Below, in pieces: positions 51,639-61,348 of a DNA stretch of 64,000 bases (position 1 is the stretch's first letter; each line of letters opens with the position of its first letter). The position numbers were made by a program, and so were the translations under genes. Origin of the DNA: Burkholderiaceae bacterium (GTDB lineage Bacteria > Pseudomonadota > Gammaproteobacteria > Burkholderiales > Burkholderiaceae_E); contig JAKFES010000042.1 of assembly GCA_036675585.1 (NCBI GenBank), positions 14,635 to 78,634 of the forward strand, in the 5' to 3' direction. The notes under the pieces were generated by a model that did not search any database, had not been told where the DNA came from, and saw only the letters and a list, made by a program, of their open reading frames with translations.

Positions 51639-53582
51639 TCAGTCGGCGAGCCGCTGCTCGAATTGCGCCTTGGTGCGCGCGAGCGCCTCGGGCAGCCGGG
51701 CGGCGAGCCGCTCGAACAACTCGCCGTGCAGCTCGAACTCCTGCCGCCACGCGTCGCGATCGATCGACGTGATGCGCTCGTAGGCCTGCGGCGAGAACGC
51801 CAATCCCTCCCAGTGCAGGTCCTCGTAGCGCGGCGTCGTGCCGAACACGTGCTCGAAGCCCCCGGCGCGTCCCTCGATCCGGTCGATCATCCACTTGAGT
51901 ACGCGCATGTTCTCGCCGAAACCGGGCCACACGAAGCGGCCGTTCTCGTCGGTGCGAAACCAGTTCACGCAGAAGATCCGCGGCAGCGTCGCGCCACGCG
52001 CCTGCAGCCGCTCGCCGAGCGCGAGCCAATGCCCGAAGTAATCGCCCATGTGGTAGCCGCAGAACGGCAGCATCGCGAACGGGTCGCGCCGGACGATGCC
52101 GGTCGCGCCCGCCTGCGCGGCGGTCGTCTCCGAGCCCATCGTCGCGGCCATGTACACGCCTTCGACCCAGTCGCGCGCCTGCGTCACGAGCGGCACGGTC
52201 GTCGAGCGCCGGCCGCCGAAGATGAACGCGTCGATCGGCACGCCGTCGACGCTGTCCCAGTGCGGGTCGATCGACGGGCATTGCGCCGCGGCGACCGTGA
52301 AGCGCGAGTTCGGATGCGCGGCCTTGCGGCCCGCCTTTCCATCGGCCGGCGTCCAGTCGTTTCCGCGCCAGTCGATCAGGTGCGCCGGCGGCTCGGAGAG
52401 TCCTTCCCACCAGACGTCGCCGTCGTCGGTCATCGCGACGTTGGTGAAAATCGTGTTCTCTCGCAGCATCGCGATGCAGTTCGGATTCGTCTTCTCGCTC
52501 GTGCCCGGCGCGACGCCGAAGAAACCCGCTTCCGGGTTGATCGCGCGCAGCCGTCCGTCGGCGTGCGGCTTGATCCAGGCAATGTCGTCGCCGATCGTCG
52601 AGACCGTCCAGCCCTCGAAGCCGCCGGGCGGAATGAGCATCGCGAAATTGGTCTTGCCGCACGCCGACGGGAAGGCAGCCGCGACGTGGTAGCGCTTGCC
52701 CTCGGGCGAAGTCACCGCGAGGATCAGCATGTGCTCGGCCAGCCAGCCCTGCCCGCCGGCCTCGACGTCCTGCCGGCCCATGTTCGAAGCGATGCGCAGC
52801 GCGAAGCACTTCTTGCCGAGCAGCGCGTTGCCGCCGTACCCCGAGCCGTACGACCAGATCTCGCGCGTCTTCGGGAAATGCACGATGTATTTCGTCTCGC
52901 TGCACGGCCACGGCACATCGGCCTGCCCCGGGGCGAGCGGCGCACCCACCGAGTGCACGCACGGGACGAAGCCGCCGTCCTCGCCGAGCAGCTCCGCGGC
53001 GGCACGCCCGATGCGCGTCATCACGCGCATGCTGACGACCACGTACGGACTGTCGGTGAGCTCGACGCCGATGTGCGAGATATGGCTGCCGAGCGGCCCC
53101 ATCGAGAACGCGATCACGTACAGCGTGCGCCCGCGCATGCAGCCGTCGAACAGCCGCTGCAGCGTCGCGCGCATCTCGTCGGGTGCGATCCAGTTGTTCG
53201 TCGGCCCGGCATCGTCGCGCGCGTCGCTGCAGATGAACGTGCGGTCCTCGACGCGCGCGACATCGTCGGGATCGGACAGCGCGAGATACGAGTTCGGCCG
53301 CTTCTCGGGATTCAGCCGGCGCAGCGTTCCCGATGCGACCATCGCGTCGCACAGGCGGTCGTATTCCTGCTGCGAACCGTCGCACCAGTGAATGCGATCG
53401 GGCTTCGTCCGCTCGGCGATCTGCGCGACCCATTCGACCAGTCGCCGATTGCGCATCCACTCCGGCGCCCCGACGCGGGCGCGCAGCGATTCGGGGTCGG
53501 TGGTCGGGTGCGTCGAAGCGGTCGCGGCCGGCTCGCTACGCGACGGACGGTTCGAGGGCGCATCCGCGCGAACCTGGGACAT
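51639..53582 (-). CDS. pckG: Phosphoenolpyruvate carboxykinase (GTP)
   Basis: [61 protein letters not shown]. Confidence 0.96.
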   Translation of the reverse strand: MSQVRADAPSNRPSRSEPAATASTHPTTDPESLRARVGAPEWMRNRRLVEWVAQIAERTKPDRIHWCDGSQQEYDRLCDAMVASGTLRRLNPEKRPNSYLALSDPDDVARVEDRTFICSDARDDAGPTNNWIAPDEMRATLQRLFDGCMRGRTLYVIAFSMGPLGSHISHIGVELTDSPYVVVSMRVMTRIGRAAAELLGEDGGFVPCVHSVGAPLAPGQADVPWPCSETKYIVHFPKTREIWSYGSGYGGNALLGKKCFALRIASNMGRQDVEAGGQGWLAEHMLILAVTSPEGKRYHVAAAFPSACGKTNFAMLIPPGGFEGWTVSTIGDDIAWIKPHADGRLRAINPEAGFFGVAPGTSEKTNPNCIAMLRENTIFTNVAMTDDGDVWWEGLSEPPAHLIDWRGNDWTPADGKAGRKAAHPNSRFTVAAAQCPSIDPHWDSVDGVPIDAFIFGGRRSTTVPLVTQARDWVEGVYMAATMGSETTAAQAGATGIVRRDPFAMLPFCGYHMGDYFGHWLALGERLQARGATLPRIFCVNWFRTDENGRFVWPGFGENMRVLKWMIDRIEGRAGGFEHVFGTTPRYEDLHWEGLAFSPQAYERITSIDRDAWRQEFELHGELFERLAARLPEALARTKAQFEQRLAD

Positions 53583-53846
53583 GGAGCAACCTCCGTAATG
53601 AGAATCCGGGTGCGTCGGCGTGGCCCTGGCCACGCGCCGTCTCGCGGCCCACGGCGGCGAAACGCTGTGCAAATTCGTTCGATCGGTTCGGCATGTCGGT
53701 CCGGCCGTGCGCCGGGCAGAAGACCACCGGAACCGGCTCTCCCCCGGCGCGGCGCGGGGGCAGGCTTGCCGACGGACGGGGGTATCGAGTGTACACCGTG
53801 GTCGCGCGCGCTCGGCGCACGCCCCGCGGCCGCGGGGCGCATCGGC

Positions 53847-54656
53847 TCATCCCTGCCACTGCATATAGAAGAACCCGGCGCTGAGCAGCGCGCCGAAAGC
53901 GATGATGAAACGACGCAGCCACAGCGCCGGGATGCGGCGCGCCCACGCTGCGCCCGCGTATCCGCCGACGGTGCCGGTGACGAGCATGACCAGCGTATGC
54001 GGCCACGAAACGGCGTCGGCGAGCACGAAGGTCGCCACCGCGACGCTATAGATGACCGCCGAGAGCCAGTTCTTCAGCGCGTTGATTTCGTTCAGGTCTT
54101 CGAAGCCCTGGATCGCCAGCGACGCGATCATCAGGATGCCCATTCCGGCGCCGAAAAAGCCGCCGTAGATCGAGACGACCGCCTGGAACAGGTAGCCGCC
54201 GGCGCCGAAATGCCGGCTCGATTCGTCGCGCTCGTGCGCACGACGCAGCAGCACGCGGATCCCCCCGGAGAGCGGGCCGCTGAACGCGAACAGCAGCGTG
54301 GCGAGCAGCAGCAGCCACGGAATGAGCGCCGAGAAACGGTCGTTCGACGTGCGCAGCAGCAGCAGTCCGCCGGCGATGCCGCCGACGAAGGCGATCGCCG
54401 ACAAGGCCGGAAGGCTCGCCGAGAAACGGCGCAATTCCCGCCGGAAGGCCCACGCTCCGGCGAGGCTACCCGGCCACAACGCAACCGCATTGCTCGCGTT
54501 GGCGATCACCGGCGGAACGCCGACCGCCAGCAGCGCCGGAAACGAAAAAAAGGTGCCCCCGCCGGCCACTGAATTCGCCGCCCCGGCGACGAAGGCGGCG
54601 ATGGCGACGACGAGGATCTCGATGGCATCCAGTTGCGTGCACCTCCCGATCGGCAC
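53847..54656 (-). CDS. TauE/SafE (TSUP) family exporter
   Basis: AGAANSVAGGGTFFSFPALL, IYGGFFGAGMGIL, NEINALKN. Start uncertain (GTG 54656 or CTG 54632). Confidence 0.88.
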   Translation of the reverse strand: MPIGRCTQLDAIEILVVAIAAFVAGAANSVAGGGTFFSFPALLAVGVPPVIANASNAVALWPGSLAGAWAFRRELRRFSASLPALSAIAFVGGIAGGLLLLRTSNDRFSALIPWLLLLATLLFAFSGPLSGGIRVLLRRAHERDESSRHFGAGGYLFQAVVSIYGGFFGAGMGILMIASLAIQGFEDLNEINALKNWLSAVIYSVAVATFVLADAVSWPHTLVMLVTGTVGGYAGAAWARRIPALWLRRFIIAFGALLSAGFFYMQWQG

Positions 54657-54746
54657 TGTAACAACCGGACGCGTGGTGTCTTGCTGCGCAAGCGCGGGAA
54701 CGAGCGAGGCCGGCTGCTGCGGCGAGCGGACCCGTACAGCGAGGAC

Positions 54747-54780
54747 GCCGGACGCCCCACGTTTACGTGGGGTGTCCGGC
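54747..54780. terminator. Long GC-rich stem-loop downstream of the lipoprotein gene
   Basis: GCCGGACGCCCCACG-TTTA-CGTGGGGTGTCCGGC, 15-bp stem with one G-T pair or mismatch. Confidence 0.55.
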
Positions 54781-54791
54781 GGCTTTTCCGT

Positions 54792-56543
54792 TTACGGCTG
54801 CTTGGCGACGCTCAGCATGAAGAACCCTGCTCCGTAGTTGAGAGGGCTCCCCGTAATGACCCGCGTACTGGCCGTCACGCCCATCCCGCGCAGGTTCATC
54901 ATGACCAGCGGCGACACCGTGGCTGCTTCGGCACGACGCATCAGGCCGTTGCGAGGCGAGTTGATCGCCAGGGTCTGCTCGCCTCCCAGCCCGTCACCAC
55001 GAATGAAACTGCCCGGTTCGGGCGTATCGACGGCGGTGACGGTCCACGAGGAGGAGCCGAAATTGCCCTGGATCCCCGGCACCCCGAACGAACCACCGTC
55101 GGTCGTCCGGCCGTCCGGATGAACCGCCGCGCTCCAGAAGGCGCTGACCGTCCCGACCGGATTCATCGCCAGGACGCGCTGCTTCGTGCCGATCACCAGC
55201 GTACTCGTCGAATCGACCATCGCCAGCATCAACTCACCGCCGCCGGCCCGATAGGCGAACATGCGCGCATCGATGTCCGACAGCTCTTCTCCGGCCCACG
55301 CGAAACCGCCCGCCGGGTTCACGACGAAGCCGTTCTCGCTCGCATCCGCTTCGTCTTCGCAGACCGTGAAGTCCGGCCCGACGCAATCCTTGAACTGCGT
55401 GAATCGGCCATCGGTGCCGATCGTGAACTCGGACATCAACGCCGCGAACGGGCTGACCTCGTCGTTGCGCTCCCACTCGAGCGTATTCCAGGTGCCCGCC
55501 AGATCGGCGAGCGGAATCTTCTGCTCGGGAAAGAACACCGCGAGTCGGTAATCCGACGTACCGCCGAAATCGGTCGTCAGGACGCCGACACCGGCGGCCG
55601 AAACGACGGCGTTCACGACACCGCCGTCGTCGATCCACTGGTACTTGCAGGGACCATCCGCGACGAGGGTTGAACTCCCCTCGTCGGAGAAGGTAGCCGA
55701 AAGCGTGGCGGCGTCGAAATCGAAGGTGATGGCGCGGCTTGCGGGCAATTCGTCCATCGGCGTCAGCATCCGATAGGTGCCGCTGCGAAACGACGGGCAG
55801 TTGGCGGCGGCCGTCTTCAGCAGCATCTCGGCCGGCAACGATGGCTCCCCACTGGGCACACGGGAGGACGCCGGCGAGGTCTGCGCCACGGTCTCGGTCA
55901 ACTGAGCCAGCGTTGTGCCGCTGCTCGAAAGCGCTGCGCCCAGTGCGTCGAGCACCTGGTCGAACGCGTTGCCCTGGCCACCTGCCCCGGTCGCCGCGAC
56001 GAGTTCGCCCGTCAGCACGTCGCCGATGCCGGAGAAATCGATCCCCGCGCTCTTCAGCGTCTCGATGATCGCGTCGACCGCTGCCTGCACGTTCGCCTCG
56101 ATCACCGTGTTCGCCGCGGAGCCGTCGAAGCTCGTGAAGAAGCTCGCCGGATCTCCGCCGGCCAGACGCGCCATGATCAGTTCGCTGACCGGGGTGATGT
56201 TCGCCCGCGCGGTACTGCCCGTGCCGAGCGCCACGGAGTGGAGAAAATCACCATTCTCCAGCGTGACGCGCAGCACGCACGGCAGCGAGGCGCCGCCTTC
56301 GACGGTGACCGTGTAGGTGCCGTCGTCGTTGGTCGTTGCGCTCCCGACCCCGCCCTTGCAGTTCGCATCGACCGGTTGGTTGGCGATCGCCAGCCCGGTC
56401 GCCGCCGTGCCCGCGACGGTCACGCTCGACTCGGCCAGCGGCGTACTGGAGGAACCCGACCCGCAAGCCGCCAATCCGACCAGGCCACAGGCCGCAAGCG
56501 CGGCGAGGCCGATTGGACGCCTTCTGAAAATGATGCTCGACAT
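54792..56543 (-). CDS. Large uncharacterised lipoprotein
   Basis: Basic N-terminus, hydrophobic core and lipobox LAAC-GSG; VAGTAATGLAI Ig-like N-domain; beta-rich C-terminal modules. Start at ATG 56543. Confidence 0.8.
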   Translation of the reverse strand: MSSIIFRRRPIGLAALAACGLVGLAACGSGSSSTPLAESSVTVAGTAATGLAIANQPVDANCKGGVGSATTNDDGTYTVTVEGGASLPCVLRVTLENGDFLHSVALGTGSTARANITPVSELIMARLAGGDPASFFTSFDGSAANTVIEANVQAAVDAIIETLKSAGIDFSGIGDVLTGELVAATGAGGQGNAFDQVLDALGAALSSSGTTLAQLTETVAQTSPASSRVPSGEPSLPAEMLLKTAAANCPSFRSGTYRMLTPMDELPASRAITFDFDAATLSATFSDEGSSTLVADGPCKYQWIDDGGVVNAVVSAAGVGVLTTDFGGTSDYRLAVFFPEQKIPLADLAGTWNTLEWERNDEVSPFAALMSEFTIGTDGRFTQFKDCVGPDFTVCEDEADASENGFVVNPAGGFAWAGEELSDIDARMFAYRAGGGELMLAMVDSTSTLVIGTKQRVLAMNPVGTVSAFWSAAVHPDGRTTDGGSFGVPGIQGNFGSSSWTVTAVDTPEPGSFIRGDGLGGEQTLAINSPRNGLMRRAEAATVSPLVMMNLRGMGVTASTRVITGSPLNYGAGFFMLSVAKQP

Positions 56544-56806
56544 TCGTCTTCCCATTGAGATTGTTGTGTGTCTCCCCGCGCGATCCGTGCGCGGCCCGTG
56601 ACTGTATGTGCGCCGCGATCCGGCCGAACGACGGAATACCGACCACACGGCGCGAATGGGACGAACGGTCGAAAATCGGGAACGAACGGCGGATAGGGCG
56701 TCGCGCCGTGTCGTTCTTGCGACAACTGCGCAGCCCGGTAGACTGCGGAAACAACCCGGGCGCCTCTTCCCGACGTGGGGCCACCCGACCTGTGCATGCC
56801 GATTCG

Positions 56807-57685
56807 ATGACCGCCGAACTGTCCGCCGAGATCCTGCTCGAGGCCTGCGATCGAGGGCGTACGCTCGATCGCGCCAAGTACCTTGCGCTGACCGACCTGG
56901 CCCGCGCCGAAGCGCTGCAAACCGGAATCGCCGTCGCGCGCATCGCGCGCGGCGAGCGCCCGGTCGGCTACAAGATCGGTTTCACCAACCGCTCGATCTG
57001 GCCGTTGTACGGCGTGTTCCATCCGATCTGGGGCCCCATCTGGAACACGACCGTTCGCCACGTCGGCGCCTTCCCGAGTGCGGCCGACCCGAGCGGCAAC
57101 GCGCCGACCGCAGAGGTCGACGTCGATTGCACGCATTTCGCGCAGCCGCGACTCGAACCCGAGATCGTCGTCGGGCTGCGCGAGACGCCCCGGCGCAACA
57201 CGCCGCGCGCGGTGTTCGATGCCGCCGAATGGATCGCGCACGGATTCGAGATCGTGCAGTGCCCGTACCCCGACTGGCGCTTCACGGCGGCCGAGGCGAT
57301 CGCCGCGCAGAGCCTGCATGGCGCGCTGATCCTCGGCCCGCGCCGGCCGATCGCGTCGCTCGGCAACGACCCCGACGCCGCGATCGAACGGCTCGGCGCC
57401 GTCGACTTCGAACTGTTCCGCGATGGCACGCTGGTCGCGCGTGGTCGCGGTGCCGACGTGCTCGACGGGCCGCTGCACGCGATCGCGCATCTCGCGCACG
57501 AGATGTCGCTGCGTGGTCACTCGATCGAGCCGGGCGCGATGATCAGCACCGGAACGCTCACCGATGCGCAGCCGCTGCGCATCGGACAGTGCTGGTCGAG
57601 CCGTCCGGGTGAGCTCGACCTGCCCGGTGTGGCGATCCGCGTCACCGGTGCCGCAGACCCGACACCGCCGCCGGTTCTGCGGTAG
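56807..57685 (+). CDS. 2-keto-4-pentenoate hydratase / FAA-hydrolase family protein
   Basis: PVGYKIGFTN, QPRLEPEIV, GFEIVQC, GAMISTGTLT. Confidence 0.85.
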   Translation: MTAELSAEILLEACDRGRTLDRAKYLALTDLARAEALQTGIAVARIARGERPVGYKIGFTNRSIWPLYGVFHPIWGPIWNTTVRHVGAFPSAADPSGNAPTAEVDVDCTHFAQPRLEPEIVVGLRETPRRNTPRAVFDAAEWIAHGFEIVQCPYPDWRFTAAEAIAAQSLHGALILGPRRPIASLGNDPDAAIERLGAVDFELFRDGTLVARGRGADVLDGPLHAIAHLAHEMSLRGHSIEPGAMISTGTLTDAQPLRIGQCWSSRPGELDLPGVAIRVTGAADPTPPPVLR

Positions 57686-57694
57686 ATTATCGCC

Positions 57695-57871
57695 ATGACC
57701 CGCCTGAGCCCCGCGCAACGCACCGCCGGCACGGCCCGAATCGTGCTCACGGCGGGCATCCTGTTCGCGGCCGAAGCGCTGTGGCGCGGGTCGATCGCCC
57801 GCGTGCTCATGGCCGCGGCGCTGCTCGTCTTCGGCGGCGGCTTGCTCATCCTCGCCAAGCAGGCCGACTGA
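57695..57871 (+). CDS. Small two-TM membrane protein (58 aa; not in the ORF track)
   Basis: MTRLSPAQRTAGTARIVLTAGILFAAEALWRGSIARVLMAAALLVFGGGLLILAKQAD*; fills the gap with 9-nt and 15-nt spacers; high-GC codon usage. Confidence 0.7.
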   Translation: MTRLSPAQRTAGTARIVLTAGILFAAEALWRGSIARVLMAAALLVFGGGLLILAKQAD

Positions 57872-57886
57872 AGGCCGCCCTTCGTC

Positions 57887-59128
57887 TTGAAGGACGTCGC
57901 GTTTTTCACGGTCGATGCGGTCCCGATCGACCGGGACCTGCAGGACGCCGGCAGCGTCGGCCCGGAGCTCGCCCACCTGGCGGGCAGCTACGCGAACAGC
58001 CCGCGCGCCCTCGTCTTCCGCAATCCGTCGTCCGACTGGCGCCTGTTCGTCGTGATGCTGCCGCTCGCGTCGCGGCTGTCGCTGATGACGAACCCGATCT
58101 TCGCGCATCTCACGCGCGCCTGGGGACTCAACGCACGCTTCGTCGGCGTCGACCGCGATCACCTCGCCTACGATTTCCGCGCGCTGCTGTCCGACCGCAC
58201 GCTGCGGCTGCTGGTCGACGTGCTCGCGCGCAGCGAAGTCGCGCCGGAATCGGCCCGCCGCGGCAACGACGCGCTCGACCTGCTGTTCGCTTCGCTGGCC
58301 GACGAGATGCTCACGGCGCTCGACCGTCGGCGCGACGACTGGGGCCGGCATCTCGATCGCGAACATCGGCTCGAGCCGCATGCGCCGGGATCGCTGTTCG
58401 ACCGGACCGGCCGCTATCCCGATTTCCTCGCCAGCCTGCGCGCGGCGCTGCGCGACGAGATCATCGACGTCGAGCTGTACGGCCGGGCGCTGCGCTCGAT
58501 CGATCTGCGCGAGGACACGATCGACGCGCGCGTCGCGACGGTGATCGAATCGGCGCTCGATCCGGTCACGCTGGCCAAGCTCGCCCGAACGGGCGCCGGG
58601 CGCCATCTCGGCTGCTACAACTGGCTGCGGCTCGACCGGCGCCACGCGGCGCCTCGCGCGCACCTGCTCGCGCGGCTGCCGTCGTTCGCGAATTTCTTCG
58701 CCGACGCGCTCGTGCCGCTGGATGCCTGCCTGCCCGACACCGATGCGTCGCTCGAGAGCGAAGCATCGTTTGCCGACGCACCGGTCGACGAACCCGTGCG
58801 CGCGCCGCGCGCCACGTTCGAGCTGCGCCCGCTCGCGTCGCGCGAGCGCAGCGCGCACAGCCTGTACTGGGCCGCGATGCTCAAGCGCGCGATCGACGCC
58901 GGGCAGGACCGCGCCGTCATCGAGGCGATCGCACAACGCTTCGCGGTCTCCGACAACGTGGTGCGACGGATCTGGCGCGAGCGTCCTGCCGCGCTGGGCC
59001 AGCCGCCGACCTGGCACCTGGCGCAGATCCTGCGACGGCTGCACGCGAGCGCCGAACGCGAATGGCCGGCCGATTCCGCCGGCTGGCAGGCGCTGATCGC
59101 GAGCTCGGTTCCGACCGAAGCGAACTGA
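57887..59128 (+). CDS. Hypothetical protein (413 aa), possibly related to the N-terminal region of PcfJ-domain proteins
   Basis: Clean coding-like frame; GCYNWL...PRAHLLARLP and AIDAGQ...IAQRFAVSDNVVRR segments. Family link is from recall only. Confidence 0.6.
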   Translation: MKDVAFFTVDAVPIDRDLQDAGSVGPELAHLAGSYANSPRALVFRNPSSDWRLFVVMLPLASRLSLMTNPIFAHLTRAWGLNARFVGVDRDHLAYDFRALLSDRTLRLLVDVLARSEVAPESARRGNDALDLLFASLADEMLTALDRRRDDWGRHLDREHRLEPHAPGSLFDRTGRYPDFLASLRAALRDEIIDVELYGRALRSIDLREDTIDARVATVIESALDPVTLAKLARTGAGRHLGCYNWLRLDRRHAAPRAHLLARLPSFANFFADALVPLDACLPDTDASLESEASFADAPVDEPVRAPRATFELRPLASRERSAHSLYWAAMLKRAIDAGQDRAVIEAIAQRFAVSDNVVRRIWRERPAALGQPPTWHLAQILRRLHASAEREWPADSAGWQALIASSVPTEAN

Positions 59129-59188
59129 GCCGAAGGCGCGACGCCGGCGCGCGCGCCGCCCGCGCGCGGCCGATCGCGCCCGCTGCGC

Positions 59189-60175
59189 TCAGTCGCCGCG
59201 CACGAGCGCGGTCAGGCAGTGCGTCCACTCGTCGGCGAAACGTCCGATCGAAAAACGAGCGAGCGCATCGGCACGCGCGGCCTCGCCCCAGCGGCGCGCA
59301 AGCGCCGGATCGTCGAGCAGCGTTCGCATGACGTCGACCAGCCGGTCGACGTTCGTGTCGGCGTAGCCGTTCACGCCGTTGCGGATCACGGTGGGCAGCT
59401 CGGTGGTCGCCAGTGCGACCACCGGCATGCCGATCGTCATCGCCTCGAGCACCGACAGGCCCAGGCTCGTGTAGCGGATCGGGTTGAAGAAAAAGCGATA
59501 GCGCGACACGAACGACGCCAGCTCGAGGTTGGGCACCTCGCCGATCCCGCCGATCGCTTCGGAACCCATTCCGACCAGCGCCAGCGGCACCCGCCTGCGC
59601 ACGGACTCGAAGACGTCGGCCCCGAGCCGCCGCCCGCGTTCGCGCAGGTGATTGACGACGACGATGCCTTCCGTGCGGTCGCCGCGATAGCGCACGGCGT
59701 CGGGAACGAGCACGCCGTGCTCGATGACGCGCGTGCGCGCGCGGCCGTTGTCCCACATCAGCGCGTTGAAGTGCGTGACGTGCACGATGAGCGCGTCGCC
59801 GTCGGCGGCCGGGTGCCGCGTGGCCGTCGGATGCTGCTGCGGCGGGTCGTGCTCGAGATACGCGGTGGGCAGCGCGCGCTGCGCCTCGCTGAGCCATCGA
59901 TGACGGTCGTCGTCCCAGTGGCGACGCGACTGGTACAGCACGCAATCGAAGGATTCGCCGGCCACGCGCCCGGCGGCGATCTCGTGCACGTTGGCCCCCC
60001 ACGGCAAGGTGCCGACCCGGCCCGCATGGCCCGGCGGATGACCGGGCAGCGTGACCAGATGGAAGTCGTGCGCGGCCTGGCTCAGGTAATAGAGGTAGTT
60101 GCCGTGCACGTGCCAGGTCAGCACGCGCAGGCGGCGGCCGGGCGCGCCCGCCCCCGGCACACCGCGTTCAGGCAT
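59189..60175 (-). CDS. Glycosyltransferase family 4 (GT-B)
   Basis: LTWHVHGNYLYYL, YRFFFNPIRYTSLGLSVLEAMTIGMPVV. Confidence 0.85.
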   Translation of the reverse strand: MPERGVPGAGAPGRRLRVLTWHVHGNYLYYLSQAAHDFHLVTLPGHPPGHAGRVGTLPWGANVHEIAAGRVAGESFDCVLYQSRRHWDDDRHRWLSEAQRALPTAYLEHDPPQQHPTATRHPAADGDALIVHVTHFNALMWDNGRARTRVIEHGVLVPDAVRYRGDRTEGIVVVNHLRERGRRLGADVFESVRRRVPLALVGMGSEAIGGIGEVPNLELASFVSRYRFFFNPIRYTSLGLSVLEAMTIGMPVVALATTELPTVIRNGVNGYADTNVDRLVDVMRTLLDDPALARRWGEAARADALARFSIGRFADEWTHCLTALVRGD

Positions 60176-61343
60176 GCCCGTGTGCGAGCGGGCTCGTCGT
60201 CAGGTGGTGCATCGCGAGCTCGAATACGCGATCGACGTCGATCCCGCGCGCGCACGGATGCCCTTCGATCGGACACACCGGATCGGCACACGGCCGGCAC
60301 GGCAGGTCGAGCGCGAGCGTCGGATGAAGAGTGCGATCGAGCGGACGCCAGCGACGGATCTCGCTGCCCGATGCGACGACGACGCTGCGCGTGCCGACGG
60401 CCACCGCCATGTGCGACACGCCGGTGTCGTTGCAGACGAGCAGCCGGCTGGCCTCGATCGCCGCAGCGAGCTCGCCGAGGCCGGTCGCGCCGCACAGGTT
60501 CGCCGCCTGCGTTCGCATCGCGCGCACCATCGACGCTGCGAGATCGGCCTCGTCCGCGCTACCGGTGATCGCGACCTGCCAGCCGTGCAGCGCGAGGCGG
60601 TCGGCGATCTCGGCGAAGCGCTCGACACCCCAGCGGCGCGACGCGAAACGCGCGCCGGGGTGAACGAGCACGAGACGCTTCGGATCGAGCGCGTGCGCGC
60701 GGGCCAGTCGTTGCCACGCGAGGCGCTCGCCGTCGTCGATCGGAAACTCGAGCTCGCTGCCTTGCCGCTGCAGGCCGAGATGGTCGACGACGCACAGCAG
60801 GCGTTCGATCTCCGGGCCTTCGCCCGGCCAGGGGACGAAATCGTCGCCCCCGTTCTCTTCGCTGCCGCCGGGCCGAAAACCGCAGGTCCGGCGGGCGCCG
60901 AACAGCCGCACGATGCCGTTGGTGCGCTCGCCGCTGCCGTGCAGCTGCAGCGCCAGATCGAAGCGCCGGGCGCGGGCGCTCGCGAAGAACGACGGCAGGC
61001 GCTCGCCGCGCACCGACTGCTCCGGCAGCGCGTGCGCGCCGGGAAAATCGATCCAGTCGTCGACGTAATGGCGGAAGCGCCGCGCGAATTCCGCCGACGA
61101 CGGCAGCCCGATCAACGTGATGCACGCGTCCGGGTACCCGCGACGCAACGCGCGCAGCGCGGGCACCGCGCACAGCAGGTCGCCGAGCTGCAGCGCGCGG
61201 AACACGCCGATGCGCCGCACCGGCTCGACGGCCTGCGCGGGCGCGGGGGTCGCATCGCGCGACGCGACCCCGTCGTAGCGCCGCGCGCTCGTGCGCGGCG
61301 CGTTGCTTCGTACGATGGGCAACTCCATCCGATCGACTGCCAT
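60168..61343 (-). CDS. Glycosyltransferase family 9 (heptosyltransferase-like)
   Basis: FRALQLGDLLCAVPALRALR, LVHPGA, VCNDTGVSHMAVAVG; AGGAG SD before ATG 61343. Confidence 0.88.
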   Translation of the reverse strand: MAVDRMELPIVRSNAPRTSARRYDGVASRDATPAPAQAVEPVRRIGVFRALQLGDLLCAVPALRALRRGYPDACITLIGLPSSAEFARRFRHYVDDWIDFPGAHALPEQSVRGERLPSFFASARARRFDLALQLHGSGERTNGIVRLFGARRTCGFRPGGSEENGGDDFVPWPGEGPEIERLLCVVDHLGLQRQGSELEFPIDDGERLAWQRLARAHALDPKRLVLVHPGARFASRRWGVERFAEIADRLALHGWQVAITGSADEADLAASMVRAMRTQAANLCGATGLGELAAAIEASRLLVCNDTGVSHMAVAVGTRSVVVASGSEIRRWRPLDRTLHPTLALDLPCRPCADPVCPIEGHPCARGIDVDRVFELAMHHLTTSPLAHGHA

Positions 61344-61348
61344 CCGGT

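Noticed and set aside
53821-53838. GC-only palindrome GCCCCGCGGCCGCGGGGC downstream of tauE
   Set aside because: Expected by chance at this GC content and lacks a U-tract; at most a weak stem-loop.
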